From NCBI GenBank assembly GCA_041659045.1, contig JBAZZB010000001.1, forward strand, positions 582,270 to 646,269: DNA of 64,000 nt. Reading direction: 5' to 3'. Every line of letters starts with the position of its first letter. The first letter of the stretch is position 1. Origin of the DNA: Patescibacteria group bacterium. GTDB lineage: Bacteria > Patescibacteriota > Patescibacteriia > SG8-24 > DYFX01. Below are positions 1 through 9,018 of the stretch, one piece after another. Position numbers and translations under genes: made by a program. A model generated the notes under the pieces. That model saw only the letters and a list, made by a program, of their open reading frames with translations, had not been told where the DNA came from and ran no database searches.

Positions 1-820
1 CGGGACGCACGAGTTCTGAGAGAAGCCAGAACGTCGTACCGAACGCCGCGATGCGCACGATAGCCGGCGCGTCCCAAATGTTGTTGGAGTACAGGACGAC
101 CGGTTGATAGGAAGCGTGTAGACGATCCGGAGTATCAAGATAGGTTTTGGCGAGGTGCGCAAAGTACTGCGGATGCGCGATCGTATCAATATCGAACGTC
201 GAGACAATGACATCTTCGTGAGCGATCCCTAAGTCATCAACAACCTTCTGCGCGAACGGACCGGCATAGTGTAAGTTTGAGCCCTTGCCCGCGATGTCGC
301 CGATCGTGTCCGATGGATGCACCGTGACGATCATCTCCAAAAAGCGCTCACCGAATTCGGCGCGGATTTCCTCGGCCCGAGCGAGAAACGCTTCGCGCCC
401 CGCGCGTTCCTCTCCCGCCAACACCACGATCATGCGTTTCGGATCAACCTTGGCCTGCACGAGGCTGCGGAAGGTGGCGCGAAGAATCTCGATATCTTCC
501 TTATACGTAGGAAGGAAGACAAGATGACGGATTTTTTCCCAACCCTGCGTCTTCTTCAGCTCGGTCTCCCAATCGATATCAAGCGCGCCACGATGACGGC
601 GCCACGAGATCGTGAGGAAGATCACGAAATACAAAACGCGGAAGAACCAATAGAGGTCGAAGGCGATAATGAAGAATACCGCCCAGACCGGGTTGACGAA
701 CGAAAGAATGATCGCGCCAACGAGCGTCGACCAGACGAGCGTGGCCGGCACAAACTCGTAGCGGCGATGCCGTTTTTTTTGTGCGGTCGTGTAGTCGTCC
801 CAAGTCAGTGCGCGTTCCAT
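1..820 (-). CDS. Membrane glycosyltransferase family 2 (N-terminal part; runs off the window start)
   Basis: Not in ORF track (no stop in window). Reads MERALTWDDY..., two N-terminal TM helices, then 'HLVFLPTYKE', 'GKGSNL', 'STFDIDT' (DxD) and 'SYQP'. ATG overlaps the 3' end of the tsaB-like gene. Confidence 0.8.
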   Translation of the reverse strand, partial: MERALTWDDYTTAQKKRHRRYEFVPATLVWSTLVGAIILSFVNPVWAVFFIIAFDLYWFFRVLYFVIFLTISWRRHRGALDIDWETELKKTQGWEKIRHLVFLPTYKEDIEILRATFRSLVQAKVDPKRMIVVLAGEERAGREAFLARAEEIRAEFGERFLEMIVTVHPSDTIGDIAGKGSNLHYAGPFAQKVVDDLGIAHEDVIVSTFDIDTIAHPQYFAHLAKTYLDTPDRLHASYQPVVLYSNNIWDAPAIVRIAAFGTTFWLLSELVRP

Positions 821-1206
821 GTTTTTTTCTTTTTGCTGATCGTGATATTCGGTTCGGCGGCGTACAGCGGATGGATCGGTGCATTGACGGCAAAGGCGCT
901 GCTTGGCATCTTCGCCGCGTCTTCCGGCGTGATCTCCCCTGTCGCGGACAGCGTCGCACCGATCGAGCGGGCCAGCGCGGTCGCGACGGCCACGCGTCGA
1001 CGTACAGCCGAGAAACCTCCAGGCCCTCTATCGACAACAATTTCCTTGATGACCGTTCGTTTGATCTTCGCTTTCTTGAGCGCGGTGTCGAACAGGTTCA
1101 GAAGATCGTCGGTGAAACCGCCAAAGACTGAAGCAACGACAAGACCGCCTTTCGAAAGCGAAACGACGACACCTCCTTCGGCAGTTCCGCCGAAGAACGC
1201 TCTCAT
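805..1206 (-). CDS. tsaB: TsaB-like t6A biosynthesis protein, short form
   Basis: 'IVVDRGPGGFSAVRRRVAVATAL' matches TsaB GPGSFTGLR...A; only 133 aa (N-terminal lobe). Confidence 0.7.
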   Translation of the reverse strand: MRAFFGGTAEGGVVVSLSKGGLVVASVFGGFTDDLLNLFDTALKKAKIKRTVIKEIVVDRGPGGFSAVRRRVAVATALARSIGATLSATGEITPEDAAKMPSSAFAVNAPIHPLYAAEPNITISKKKKTWNAH

Positions 1207-1802
1207 ACGTTCGCGCTTTCCTGAGCGGAGTGAAAAAACTCGTCGACAAAAACGAGTTTTGGAGCGTCGAGCACGCTGTACAAAAAGCGATCCATCACGT
1301 CCATGCGGTAACGCATCTCCTCCTCATCAAGAACCGTGAAGTTGATTTCGTGTCCAAATTCAATTTCAAACTTGCGCACGAGGTCGGAAAGTTTTTTGCG
1401 ATCAACCCGCCCGACGACAAAAATATCCGTCGGCGCTTCTTCGCGATCGACGAAGCGTCCCGTGAGCGCGAAGTAGGAAATACGACCAATGGCTTGGAGG
1501 CGCTTGACCATGTCCTTCTCAAGCAGCACGCGCGACTTCACAAAGAGGGCGCGGAGCTCGGGAATCAGGATGGAATTCTGCTTGAGACGGTAATGCTTTT
1601 TCTGCACCGCCTTGCCTTCGGCCATGTCGACCGTTTCGACCAAGCTCAGCTCTTCCAAATTCTTCAGTTCATGACGAATGGCGTTGATTTGGACGTCCAA
1701 GCGGCGGGTCAATTCGCGAACGAAAAAAGGGGTCTCCGGATTCTGAAGGAATGTGCGGAGAAGCTGGGTTCTCGTCTTTGAACCAAAGAGTTGTTCAAGC
1801 AT
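1203..1802 (-). CDS. Winged-helix + degenerate nucleotidyltransferase-fold protein
   Basis: 'MLEQLFGSKTRTQLL...FFVRELTRRL...NAIRHELKNLEELSLV' wHTH; C-terminal 'LTGRF...TDIFVVG...EINFTV' resembles a minimal NTase fold. Confidence 0.7.
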   Translation of the reverse strand: MLEQLFGSKTRTQLLRTFLQNPETPFFVRELTRRLDVQINAIRHELKNLEELSLVETVDMAEGKAVQKKHYRLKQNSILIPELRALFVKSRVLLEKDMVKRLQAIGRISYFALTGRFVDREEAPTDIFVVGRVDRKKLSDLVRKFEIEFGHEINFTVLDEEEMRYRMDVMDRFLYSVLDAPKLVFVDEFFHSAQESANV

Positions 1803-1854
1803 AGTTGGCCGCGAAACTGGGGGTATTGTATACTGCCCATGAAGACAGGTCAAA

Positions 1855-3948
1855 ATGGCGCCTATTAGCATCGGAGAAATCCACGTTCCCGGAGGGTCCG
1901 GCCTCGGCGCAGTGCGCTGCCTGACACTCACCTCCCCGCTTCAAAACGAAGGCGGACTGGAGCTCTTTTTCGCGATCCTGGCTGCCGACGCTCCGAAACG
2001 CGTTGTTGAAAAAATGAGCGACCGGCTCAGCGAGGAGCTGCGCGCGATTTTTTTCCAGAAGGGCGACCCGGAGGCGCGCTTTGAAGCAGCACTCAAACAA
2101 GCCAACAAGAGTATCCTCGCCTTCCTCTATGAGCACGGCTTGTCGCTGCCGGGAATCAAGTTGCGCGGCGCGACAGCGGCGCTCAGCGGCGGAAAACTTT
2201 TTGTCTCATCGCGCGGCATGATGCGCGGCCTGTTGTACATGCCGCACCCCGACGGACTAACGCCATACGCGCTGTTCGACGAGACTCCTGAAAAGAGCAA
2301 CGAACCGAAATTTTTTACTTCACTCCAAACCGGTGCGTTTCCGGACGGCGCGCGTCTTGTTATCGCAACTTCGGAACTTTTCCAATCACTCGACGACTCG
2401 TACGTACGCGACATGCTTGGACAAACAGACTTTGCCAAAGCCTCGCGCGAAATGAAAACAGCGTTGCGTGCGACACAGAAACCCGTCTCGATTCTTTCCT
2501 TGAGTTCACTATTGCCTGAATCAGCATTCGTAAAAACTCCCGGACACGGAAACGCCGCTGGTACACATTCGAAAGCACCAGGAAAAAAAACACGGGCCAC
2601 CGCACCAATTGTTGGCCCGGATATCGGCGAAGTGATCGCACGCGGCGTGCGCGTCAGTTGTTTGTATGCGGGGCGCGGACTTGCGGCCGGAGGAAGTCTT
2701 GGTTGGTCGCTTCTCAAGGCGGCCGTGCTTTTGCCGATGAGACTCCCCCGACTTGCCGCGACGCTCATGAACCGCGAACGCCGCACGCGCCTGATTGCTG
2801 AGTGCAAAGCCGCGCCGGATCGTTGTGTTTCCCTGGCTGTCGGCCGCTTGAACGCGCTGCCGCACCAAAGCCGCATGCACTTCTTTGCCCTGCTTGGCAT
2901 CGGCGCCATCTTCGTTCATGGCCTCCTCTTCTCCATCCGCCACGAAGTCCGGGCGCAAACCGTCAAAGCCTACGAGGCGCAACTTGCCGAGTTGCAGCAG
3001 CTTGAAGCGGATTTTGCCGCTGGCATGATCTACGACAACGAGGGGCGATCACGCGAACTCGTCGCCCGCATGGAATCCGTATGGTCGACGCTGCCGGAAC
3101 TGACGGATCTGCAAAAGAAGAACAAGACTGACGCAAAAAAAACGATTCAGGCATCGCGTGAAAAACTGCAAAGAATCACGCTGCTTGCGAACCCCACAAA
3201 ATTTGCCGAGGTCAGCGATCCGACACTCGCGTATTCGAGCATGGCGTGGTTTGGCGGAAAGCTCTATGTCTTCTCGAGCACTTCCGGACGAGTACAGATC
3301 TTCTCAAACGAAGGCGCAGCCGCAGCTGACCCAAGCATCGCCTCGCTACCAGGCGGTGTCCGCGTCGCCGCTCCGGCACGCACTGGTTTTCTGCTGCAAG
3401 GCATGTCTGGAGACATCGTCTACTGGAATCCGGAGACTGCCGAAGAGTCGATTTTTGAAACCACGGATGTCGCTGACAAGCCGATCCTCTTCTACCAAGG
3501 ACGACTCTACGCCGCTTCTCCTGAAGGCACCGTCACGCGTCGTTCCGTCGCAACGAAAACGCTCGGAACCCCTTCTGACGTTCTGCGCGGCGCGCCTGAA
3601 GCGCCCACAGGTCTCGCAACCGATGGTGCTGTCTATCTTCTCTATAAGGACGGATCAACTCGTAAATATCTGAAAGGCGCGAGCGTGCAGGACTACGCTT
3701 CGTCCGTCATCGAGCCAGCCCCTGCCGGCGCCGCCGATCTCTGGGCCTCAGCTGATTCCGACAAACTCGTCTTCATCGATAAAGGCGGCGATCGCGCCTT
3801 CACGGTCGATCGCACGACTGGACGCCTTCTCTCGCAAATGACTGCGCCGGAGTTCAAAGACCTTCGCGCGGGGGCCGTCGACGAGAGCGGCCGCACGCTC
3901 TATCTTTTGACCGCGGCCGGAGCCATGTACAAAGTACCGCTCAAATAA
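1855..3948 (+). CDS. Membrane protein: degenerate PP2C-like N-domain, TM, helical stalk, C-terminal beta-propeller
   Basis: 697-aa ORF; PP2C-like pattern 'FEAALKQANKSI...LFVSSRG...LVIATSELF'; hydrophobic segment ~aa 343-360; beta-rich repeats at the C-terminus. Confidence 0.65.
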   Translation: MAPISIGEIHVPGGSGLGAVRCLTLTSPLQNEGGLELFFAILAADAPKRVVEKMSDRLSEELRAIFFQKGDPEARFEAALKQANKSILAFLYEHGLSLPGIKLRGATAALSGGKLFVSSRGMMRGLLYMPHPDGLTPYALFDETPEKSNEPKFFTSLQTGAFPDGARLVIATSELFQSLDDSYVRDMLGQTDFAKASREMKTALRATQKPVSILSLSSLLPESAFVKTPGHGNAAGTHSKAPGKKTRATAPIVGPDIGEVIARGVRVSCLYAGRGLAAGGSLGWSLLKAAVLLPMRLPRLAATLMNRERRTRLIAECKAAPDRCVSLAVGRLNALPHQSRMHFFALLGIGAIFVHGLLFSIRHEVRAQTVKAYEAQLAELQQLEADFAAGMIYDNEGRSRELVARMESVWSTLPELTDLQKKNKTDAKKTIQASREKLQRITLLANPTKFAEVSDPTLAYSSMAWFGGKLYVFSSTSGRVQIFSNEGAAAADPSIASLPGGVRVAAPARTGFLLQGMSGDIVYWNPETAEESIFETTDVADKPILFYQGRLYAASPEGTVTRRSVATKTLGTPSDVLRGAPEAPTGLATDGAVYLLYKDGSTRKYLKGASVQDYASSVIEPAPAGAADLWASADSDKLVFIDKGGDRAFTVDRTTGRLLSQMTAPEFKDLRAGAVDESGRTLYLLTAAGAMYKVPLK

Positions 3949-3979
3949 AAAATCCTCCCGGAATACGGGAGGATTTTTT
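3947..3979. terminator. Bidirectional rho-independent terminator
   Basis: AAAAAATCCTCCCG-gaata-CGGGAGGATTTTTT between convergent genes. Confidence 0.85.
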
Positions 3980-3992
3980 GTACGGACGATGA

Positions 3993-4394
3993 TTACTTGA
4001 GAGTAACCTTCGCGCCGGCGCCTTCGAGTTCTTTCTTGGCGGCTTCGGCTTCTTCCTTGGTAACGCCTTCCTTGACGACCTTCGGAGCGCCGTCGACCAT
4101 ATCCTTGGCTTCTTTGAGGCCGAGGTTGGTGAGTGCGCGGACGGCCTTGATGACACCGATCTTGTTGTCACCGGAGGCGGTGAGTTCGACGGTGAAGGAG
4201 GTCTGCTCTTCGGCGGCAGCGCCACCGGCAGCCGGGGCGGCAGCCATGGCCATCATCGGAGCAGCGGCGGAAACGCCGAACTTCTCTTCGAGGACCTTCA
4301 CGAGCTCAGCGAGATCGAGGACGGACAGCTTTTCGATGGTCGAGACGAGAGAAGCGAACTTCTCCGGGACGACGACGTTCTTTTCGTCAGACAT
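3993..4394 (-). CDS. rplL: 50S ribosomal protein L7/L12
   Basis: '[11 protein letters not shown]', '[27 protein letters not shown]', '[11 protein letters not shown]'. Confidence 0.98.
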   Translation of the reverse strand: MSDEKNVVVPEKFASLVSTIEKLSVLDLAELVKVLEEKFGVSAAAPMMAMAAAPAAGGAAAEEQTSFTVELTASGDNKIGVIKAVRALTNLGLKEAKDMVDGAPKVVKEGVTKEEAEAAKKELEGAGAKVTLK

Positions 4395-4416
4395 AGTATG
4401 GATGTGAATCTTTTTC

Positions 4417-4947
4417 TTAAGCGGTGGCCTTTTGGTCTTTGACGGCGTTCAGCACGTTGACCAAGCCACGGAGGTTTCCGGCCAGGACATTGACGAAGCC
4501 AGAGACCGGAGCGTTGAGGGTACCGACCAACTTGGCCAGAAGCTCCTGCTTGCTCGGGAGTTTGGCGAGTGCCTTGATCGCGTTCGCATCGACGAGCGAG
4601 CGCTCGAGGACACCAGCGACGATCTTGAGCGCTTCATGTTCCTTGGAGAATTCGGCGACGAGCTTGGCCGGAGCCACTTCGTCTTCGAAACCCGTGACCA
4701 TGACGAGCGCGCCATCGAGCGAGGACGGATCGACGCCTTCATACCCGGCGTTCTTGAACGCGAGGCGCATGAGGGTCTTCTTGGCGACGAGGACGCCGAC
4801 GTTTTCTTTCCGCGCTTTATTGCGGAAGTCGGTGGCGTCTTTGACGGCCAAGCCTTTGAAGTCGGCGAAGACCACGGATTTGGCCTTACCGAGCGCTTCG
4901 ACCAATTCGGCCAAAGTTACTTCTTTCTGCTTGCGAGATTTTGCCAT
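4417..4947 (-). CDS. rplJ: 50S ribosomal protein L10
   Basis: MAKSRKQKE start; 'VVFADFKGL', '[11 protein letters not shown]', '[16 protein letters not shown]'; directly upstream of rplL. Confidence 0.96.
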   Translation of the reverse strand: MAKSRKQKEVTLAELVEALGKAKSVVFADFKGLAVKDATDFRNKARKENVGVLVAKKTLMRLAFKNAGYEGVDPSSLDGALVMVTGFEDEVAPAKLVAEFSKEHEALKIVAGVLERSLVDANAIKALAKLPSKQELLAKLVGTLNAPVSGFVNVLAGNLRGLVNVLNAVKDQKATA

Positions 4948-4949
4948 GT

Positions 4950-5125
4950 GGCGTGTTGCGTGAATCTTTGCACGTACGACCTTTAAATAACAAACGTCTG
5001 CGTGATTTACCGCAGACGCGTAGCACGGCGGAAGTTCCGTCGTGGGGCGTTTGCCTCGATAGGATCGGATCGGCAGATCCGGTTTGCTGTCCCCAGCCGG
5101 GGGCAACCTATGGTCTTTGGTAAAC
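4950..5125 (-). ncRNA. Ribosomal protein L10 leader (autogenous control element)
   Basis: 5' UTR of rplJ contains AAGACCATAGG...CCTATCGAGG, matching the L10-leader core (AAGACxGUAGG...CCUACxGAGG), plus further hairpins. Confidence 0.75.
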
Positions 5126-5142
5126 GAGAAGTTGTTATCCGG

Positions 5143-5171
5143 AGAGTACCCGAAACCGTAAAAAGCGTCAA
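5143..5171 (-). promoter_or_regulatory. sigma70-type promoter of rplJ-rplL
   Basis: TTGACG-17 bp-TACTCT just upstream of the L10 leader. Confidence 0.7.
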
Positions 5172-5239
5172 GTTGCCATAAAAAACAACGACCTCGCCAC
5201 AAGAAGTGGCGAGGGTTGCCCGGCCGACGAGAGCGTCGG

Positions 5240-5680
5240 CTAGGCGGCGAGGAGTGCGGCGTTGCGGGGGTGGTTCCGGCGGTTGACCCGCAGGGCGTAC
5301 CGGAGCTTGCTGCGGCTGTGGCTGCGGGACTCGCAGGAGTCCTGGTCGGTCGTCTTGCCACCGAACTTGGCGCTGACGATGCGGAGCATCGCCTCGAACT
5401 CGCCGGCGGCCTGGATGCGCTCGCCGCGGTTGAGGTAGATACCGAACCGCTCCACCTTGTTCTCGACGGTGTTCCGGTAGTCCCGCTCGGCGATCTCGAT
5501 CGCGAGGATCTCGTCGTCGGTGAGGTACTGGAAGCGGGGCGCGAGCTTGCACTCGCAGGCGGACTTGGTGGTGATCACGGGCTTGGACTGGCAGCGGCTG
5601 CGGCGACCCTTCTTGGTGGTGTTGGTGGGCGCGGTGAGGATGCGGATGCCGTTCTGGACCAGGACGAGGACGCGGTTCAT
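5240..5680 (-). CDS. Hypothetical protein, 146 aa, ending in ...NAALLAA
   Basis: GGAGA SD before ATG 5680; strong GC3 bias; promoter TTGACA-17-TAGTGT (5757-5785); terminator hairpin ~5180-5213. Confidence 0.65.
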   Translation of the reverse strand: MNRVLVLVQNGIRILTAPTNTTKKGRRSRCQSKPVITTKSACECKLAPRFQYLTDDEILAIEIAERDYRNTVENKVERFGIYLNRGERIQAAGEFEAMLRIVSAKFGGKTTDQDSCESRSHSRSKLRYALRVNRRNHPRNAALLAA

Positions 5681-5826
5681 CGGGATGTCTCCAAGGTGCT
5701 GGGTGTGGGGGCTTTCATGCCTGTTTGGCACGATTTGCCATCAAAACGATTGGTTCACACTATCATAAAAACACGATTTTGTCAATAGGATGAGACAACA
5801 AAAAAGACCCTCTTTGCAGGAGAGGA

Positions 5827-6372
5827 TCAGGGTTCGACGTGAAGGCTCTGAAGGACACGGTACGTCGCGACACCCAGCTGCGCGAGCCGGGCTTCCGGGC
5901 CGAAAGTGATCATCTTCACCCAATAGGCGGCGCCGTGCCCCGAGACGATCTTGACTCGGCAGAGCGCGACCATCTTCGTACCCTTCTTCCAGTCAGTGCC
6001 GCGAATGAGGAAGATCGCCTCCTCGTCGGAGAGGTACTCGGGGTCGCTAACTTCGGTAACCTTGAAGAGGAGCGGCGCGGTCAGGAGCATCATTCCGAAC
6101 TGCGTGTTGGTCGCTTCGACCGTGCTGCCAGGGTTCGCATCGACGACCCAGAGAGCCATACCGACTCCGTTGTGCTCGCTGTGATGCAACACGATCTGAT
6201 CGGGTTGCGCGTTGCCCGGATCGCGATGCCAGTCGGGGGCACTGAAAGCGATGTACGGACTTTGAGCGCCGAGACGTACGCTCAATGATGTCGTCTCACC
6301 ATGCTTCGCGGTCTTTGAAGAGCCGCCGCAGGCAAGTGCGGTAAAGATCAGAAAGAGTGAAAAGAGACGCAT
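5827..6372 (-). CDS. Lipoprotein, possibly PsbP/DcrB-like fold
   Basis: Signal peptide with lipobox 'TALA-C'; AGGAGG SD; promoter TTGACG-17-TACGCA (6400-6428). Confidence 0.7.
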   Translation of the reverse strand: MRLFSLFLIFTALACGGSSKTAKHGETTSLSVRLGAQSPYIAFSAPDWHRDPGNAQPDQIVLHHSEHNGVGMALWVVDANPGSTVEATNTQFGMMLLTAPLLFKVTEVSDPEYLSDEEAIFLIRGTDWKKGTKMVALCRVKIVSGHGAAYWVKMITFGPEARLAQLGVATYRVLQSLHVEP

Positions 6373-6449
6373 GAAGACCTCCTGGTTGTGCTTACCTTCT
6401 GCGTACCACGAGCACGCAACGTCGTCAAAGCACGAAAAAAGCCCCTACC

Positions 6450-7040
6450 CTACTTGGGGAGAGGCTTGAGGCTGTCGAGCAGCTTGTTGAAGTCGGCTTC
6501 CAGATGGTTCCAGAATTCGGGGACGCCTTGCACCATCGCCACGACGAGGATGTCCGAGTCGGGCGCGAGGCGCATGACGGTGACGCGCGTACGGCGGAGC
6601 ACGCCGTCCTTTGTCATCTCCGCGACGAACGTTGCGCGTTCGCCCTGCATCTCGATCGCCGTAGACGTGATACCCGCCTGAACGGACGCTTCGTCCGTCG
6701 GACGGAAGAACTCGGCGAGCTCGACGACCGTACCCCCTCCGCTCGCGCCGAGGAAGACACCCATGACGGAAGCTCCCAGCTTCTCGTTGCGCAGTCCGAG
6801 ACGCAGATCGCCGGCTGCGCTGACATTGTCCATGACCGCCGCCGCCCAATCGACGCTCGGGCGTTCGCACGCGACCGAGAAGCTCTCGTTGTACGGGATG
6901 ACAACCGCGAGCGACTCGGCAGGCACGACAGGTACTTCCTCCACGACGACTGGCGGGTTCGTTGTCTTGGGACCCACCGTTGAGGTGGATCCGCAGGCGG
7001 CGAGACAGACAGTGACGAGCAACGCGAGAGGCTTCAGCAT
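6450..7040 (-). CDS. Lipoprotein, possibly PsbP/DcrB-like fold
   Basis: Lipobox 'LAA-C'; AAGGAG SD; promoter TTGACG-17-TAGGGT (7073-7101); C-terminal 'FNKLLDSLK'. Confidence 0.7.
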   Translation of the reverse strand: MLKPLALLVTVCLAACGSTSTVGPKTTNPPVVVEEVPVVPAESLAVVIPYNESFSVACERPSVDWAAAVMDNVSAAGDLRLGLRNEKLGASVMGVFLGASGGGTVVELAEFFRPTDEASVQAGITSTAIEMQGERATFVAEMTKDGVLRRTRVTVMRLAPDSDILVVAMVQGVPEFWNHLEADFNKLLDSLKPLPK

Positions 7041-7150
7041 CTTCCGACTCCTTGGTTGAGTGACCTGTTTCCACCCTAGGAGACCATGGAAGTTCCGTCA
7101 ATCCTGCTTCACCAAGACTTCGCAGGATAAAATGAAAAACCGTACTGAGT

Positions 7151-7618
7151 TCAGTACGGCCTGGGCGGCCCCTTCTTGCTGGGATCATTCGGATCCTCGC
7201 TCGGGAAACGGATGCGCGCCCGTGTTTCCTCGACGGAAAGCATACGCGCCGGATCGAGCGTGACGTTCTCGCGAATCGAGGCGTCCGGAAAGATCTCGGC
7301 CGCGACGCCGCCGTTCTCGATCACCTTCCGCACCTCCGCGAAGACCCCCGTACCGATCATACCGTCGCGGAAGGCGAGGAAGACGATGCGCTTACCGCGG
7401 CGAAGCACCTTGCCGGTGTAATACGCCATCCCGTCCCTCACGTATCCTTCCTGATGCTCCTTCGTGTCGGGATCCTCGATCGGCACGCCCGGGAATCGCT
7501 CGCGGATGGCCGCGAGCAGCTTCTCCTTGAGCTCGGTCTTGAAGATGTTGATGGGCTGCGCGAAGTAGAGACTCTCGACTTCCTGCGGTTTGGACAGCTC
7601 GTTAGGATCGACGATCAT
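7151..7618 (-). CDS. Nucleoside 2-deoxyribosyltransferase-like protein
   Basis: 'LYFAQP', 'IEDPD', 'IVFLAF..G.IGTGVFAEV' with a Glu at the NDT catalytic position; AGGAG SD. Confidence 0.55.
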   Translation of the reverse strand: MIVDPNELSKPQEVESLYFAQPINIFKTELKEKLLAAIRERFPGVPIEDPDTKEHQEGYVRDGMAYYTGKVLRRGKRIVFLAFRDGMIGTGVFAEVRKVIENGGVAAEIFPDASIRENVTLDPARMLSVEETRARIRFPSEDPNDPSKKGPPRPY

Positions 7619-7703
7619 GTTGGCTCCTGTGATTGACCCAAAGGATTTGTACAGAAGATGATAACTCGCGTCAACAACAAGCGTGAAATAAAATACCCGC
7701 ACC

Positions 7704-8285
7704 TCACAGGGCGGGTAGGAGTGCCAGAACTTCCTCGACGCGTGCGTCGACAGTCGTCGCTTGCAGGCGATGGATCTTTTTCTCCGGAGTTTCGAAGATG
7801 CCGAAGGCGCGCCAGAGACAGGCGTCGACCTTACGTTGAAATTCGATGCTGTCCGGACGCATGTCGTCGCCGACGAGAGGAAACACGTCGCGCGGAAAAT
7901 AGATGAACAGATCGTACAGACTCGCGTAGTACTGCGCGATCTTGAGTACGAGCGGCTCGAGATGCGAGTCGAACAGCGTGCTTTGCATCGCCAGAAAGTA
8001 GGCGAAGCTGTCGATGGTCGAACGGTCGGTGATGACGAGTCGATCCGCTCTGAGTTCCGTATTGACGGACGGATCGATCACGCTCCACGTGTTCATGTTG
8101 AACAGCTCGAAGGCGCCGATACCGTACTTCCGACACACGTCATCGATCGGATGACCGAGGCCGAAGGCGAGCATCTGGTGACGCACCGCCTCCGAAAAAA
8201 ACGCAGCGTCAGGACGACGCTCCTTCACTTTCTCGAACACGGTCGTCTTGCCAACGCCGTGCGTCCCCGTGAGTGCAACGCGCAT
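7704..8285 (-). CDS. P-loop nucleotide kinase, AAA_28/NadR-kinase-like
   Basis: Walker A 'GTHGVGKTT', 'E.VR', 'VITDRSTIDSFAY', 'YDLFIYFP', 'DDMR'. Confidence 0.8.
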   Translation of the reverse strand: MRVALTGTHGVGKTTVFEKVKERRPDAAFFSEAVRHQMLAFGLGHPIDDVCRKYGIGAFELFNMNTWSVIDPSVNTELRADRLVITDRSTIDSFAYFLAMQSTLFDSHLEPLVLKIAQYYASLYDLFIYFPRDVFPLVGDDMRPDSIEFQRKVDACLWRAFGIFETPEKKIHRLQATTVDARVEEVLALLPAL

Positions 8286-8328
8286 ACGTACCTCCTCGCC
8301 TGGAGGGAATCACATTTTTGCGCGTGTG

Positions 8329-9018
8329 TCAATCTGCAATTACCGTTCCCGTGAAGGATTTTCCGTCGAGTGCCTTGGCGATGTCCCCAAGCGCTCGACC
8401 TTTGATCATCTTTACGGTGAGCCCCAGTCGTTCCGCGAGTTTGGCGGCGACCGGATCGAACGGCACGTTGGCGCCTGGATCCCAGCGGTTGCCGATCATT
8501 TTGCGGAAGGTTTTCCAGTTCAGTTTCGGCAGTGCGACCGCTTTCGGATCTTTGCGCGGGTCAGCACTGTAGACGTAATCGACGTCGGACAAATTTAAAA
8601 CGGTCGTCGCTCCAAGGCTCGACGCGAGCAGCGTCGCGCAGTAGTCGGTCGACCAGCCGGGTTTCCAACCAGCAGCGATCAAGACACTCTCGCGGAAACG
8701 CGGCGGCGCGTGCGGATTCTTGATAACGGCCGCGTGCGCGAGATTTTGAAAAACGGTGCGGAGTAGGTGGGCGTTCAGGCGCGTTGAATGAATACCGATC
8801 CAATCGACGTCCTCGCGCGAAATACGTCCAACCTCTTTAGCGGCTTTTTGATACTGCCTCGCCGTTGAGCCACCGCCACAGATCAACACAAAGCGCTCCC
8901 CTTGCGAGACGCGCTTCGCGATGAATGTTTTGAATGTTTTGAGAAACGAGACGTCGATCCCGGTTTTCGGGACGATGAGCGAACCTCCGAGCGAAATGAT
9001 GATCGGTGTCTTCTTCAT
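8329..9018 (-). CDS. pyrH: UMP kinase, archaeal-type
   Basis: 'ISLGGSLI', 'CGGGSTARQY', 'GIHSTRLNA', 'PGWSTD', 'VYSADP', 'GANVPFDPVA'. Confidence 0.92.
   Translation of the reverse strand: MKKTPIIISLGGSLIVPKTGIDVSFLKTFKTFIAKRVSQGERFVLICGGGSTARQYQKAAKEVGRISREDVDWIGIHSTRLNAHLLRTVFQNLAHAAVIKNPHAPPRFRESVLIAAGWKPGWSTDYCATLLASSLGATTVLNLSDVDYVYSADPRKDPKAVALPKLNWKTFRKMIGNRWDPGANVPFDPVAAKLAERLGLTVKMIKGRALGDIAKALDGKSFTGTVIAD

Noticed and set aside
317-1339. 340-aa + strand ORF and many other long antisense ORFs (e.g. 18886-19884, 25614-26732, 37549-38418)
   Set aside because: Shadow frames of well-supported genes on the opposite strand in high-GC DNA; no motifs.
4948-5361. N-terminal extension of L10 in the ORF track
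   Set aside because: It runs through the promoter, the L10 leader and the upstream terminator; the real start is 4947.
5180-5750. tmRNA, prompted by the ...ALLAA ending
   Set aside because: No tRNA-like acceptor or T-arm ends found, and the tag is the end of a 146-codon SD-led ORF.
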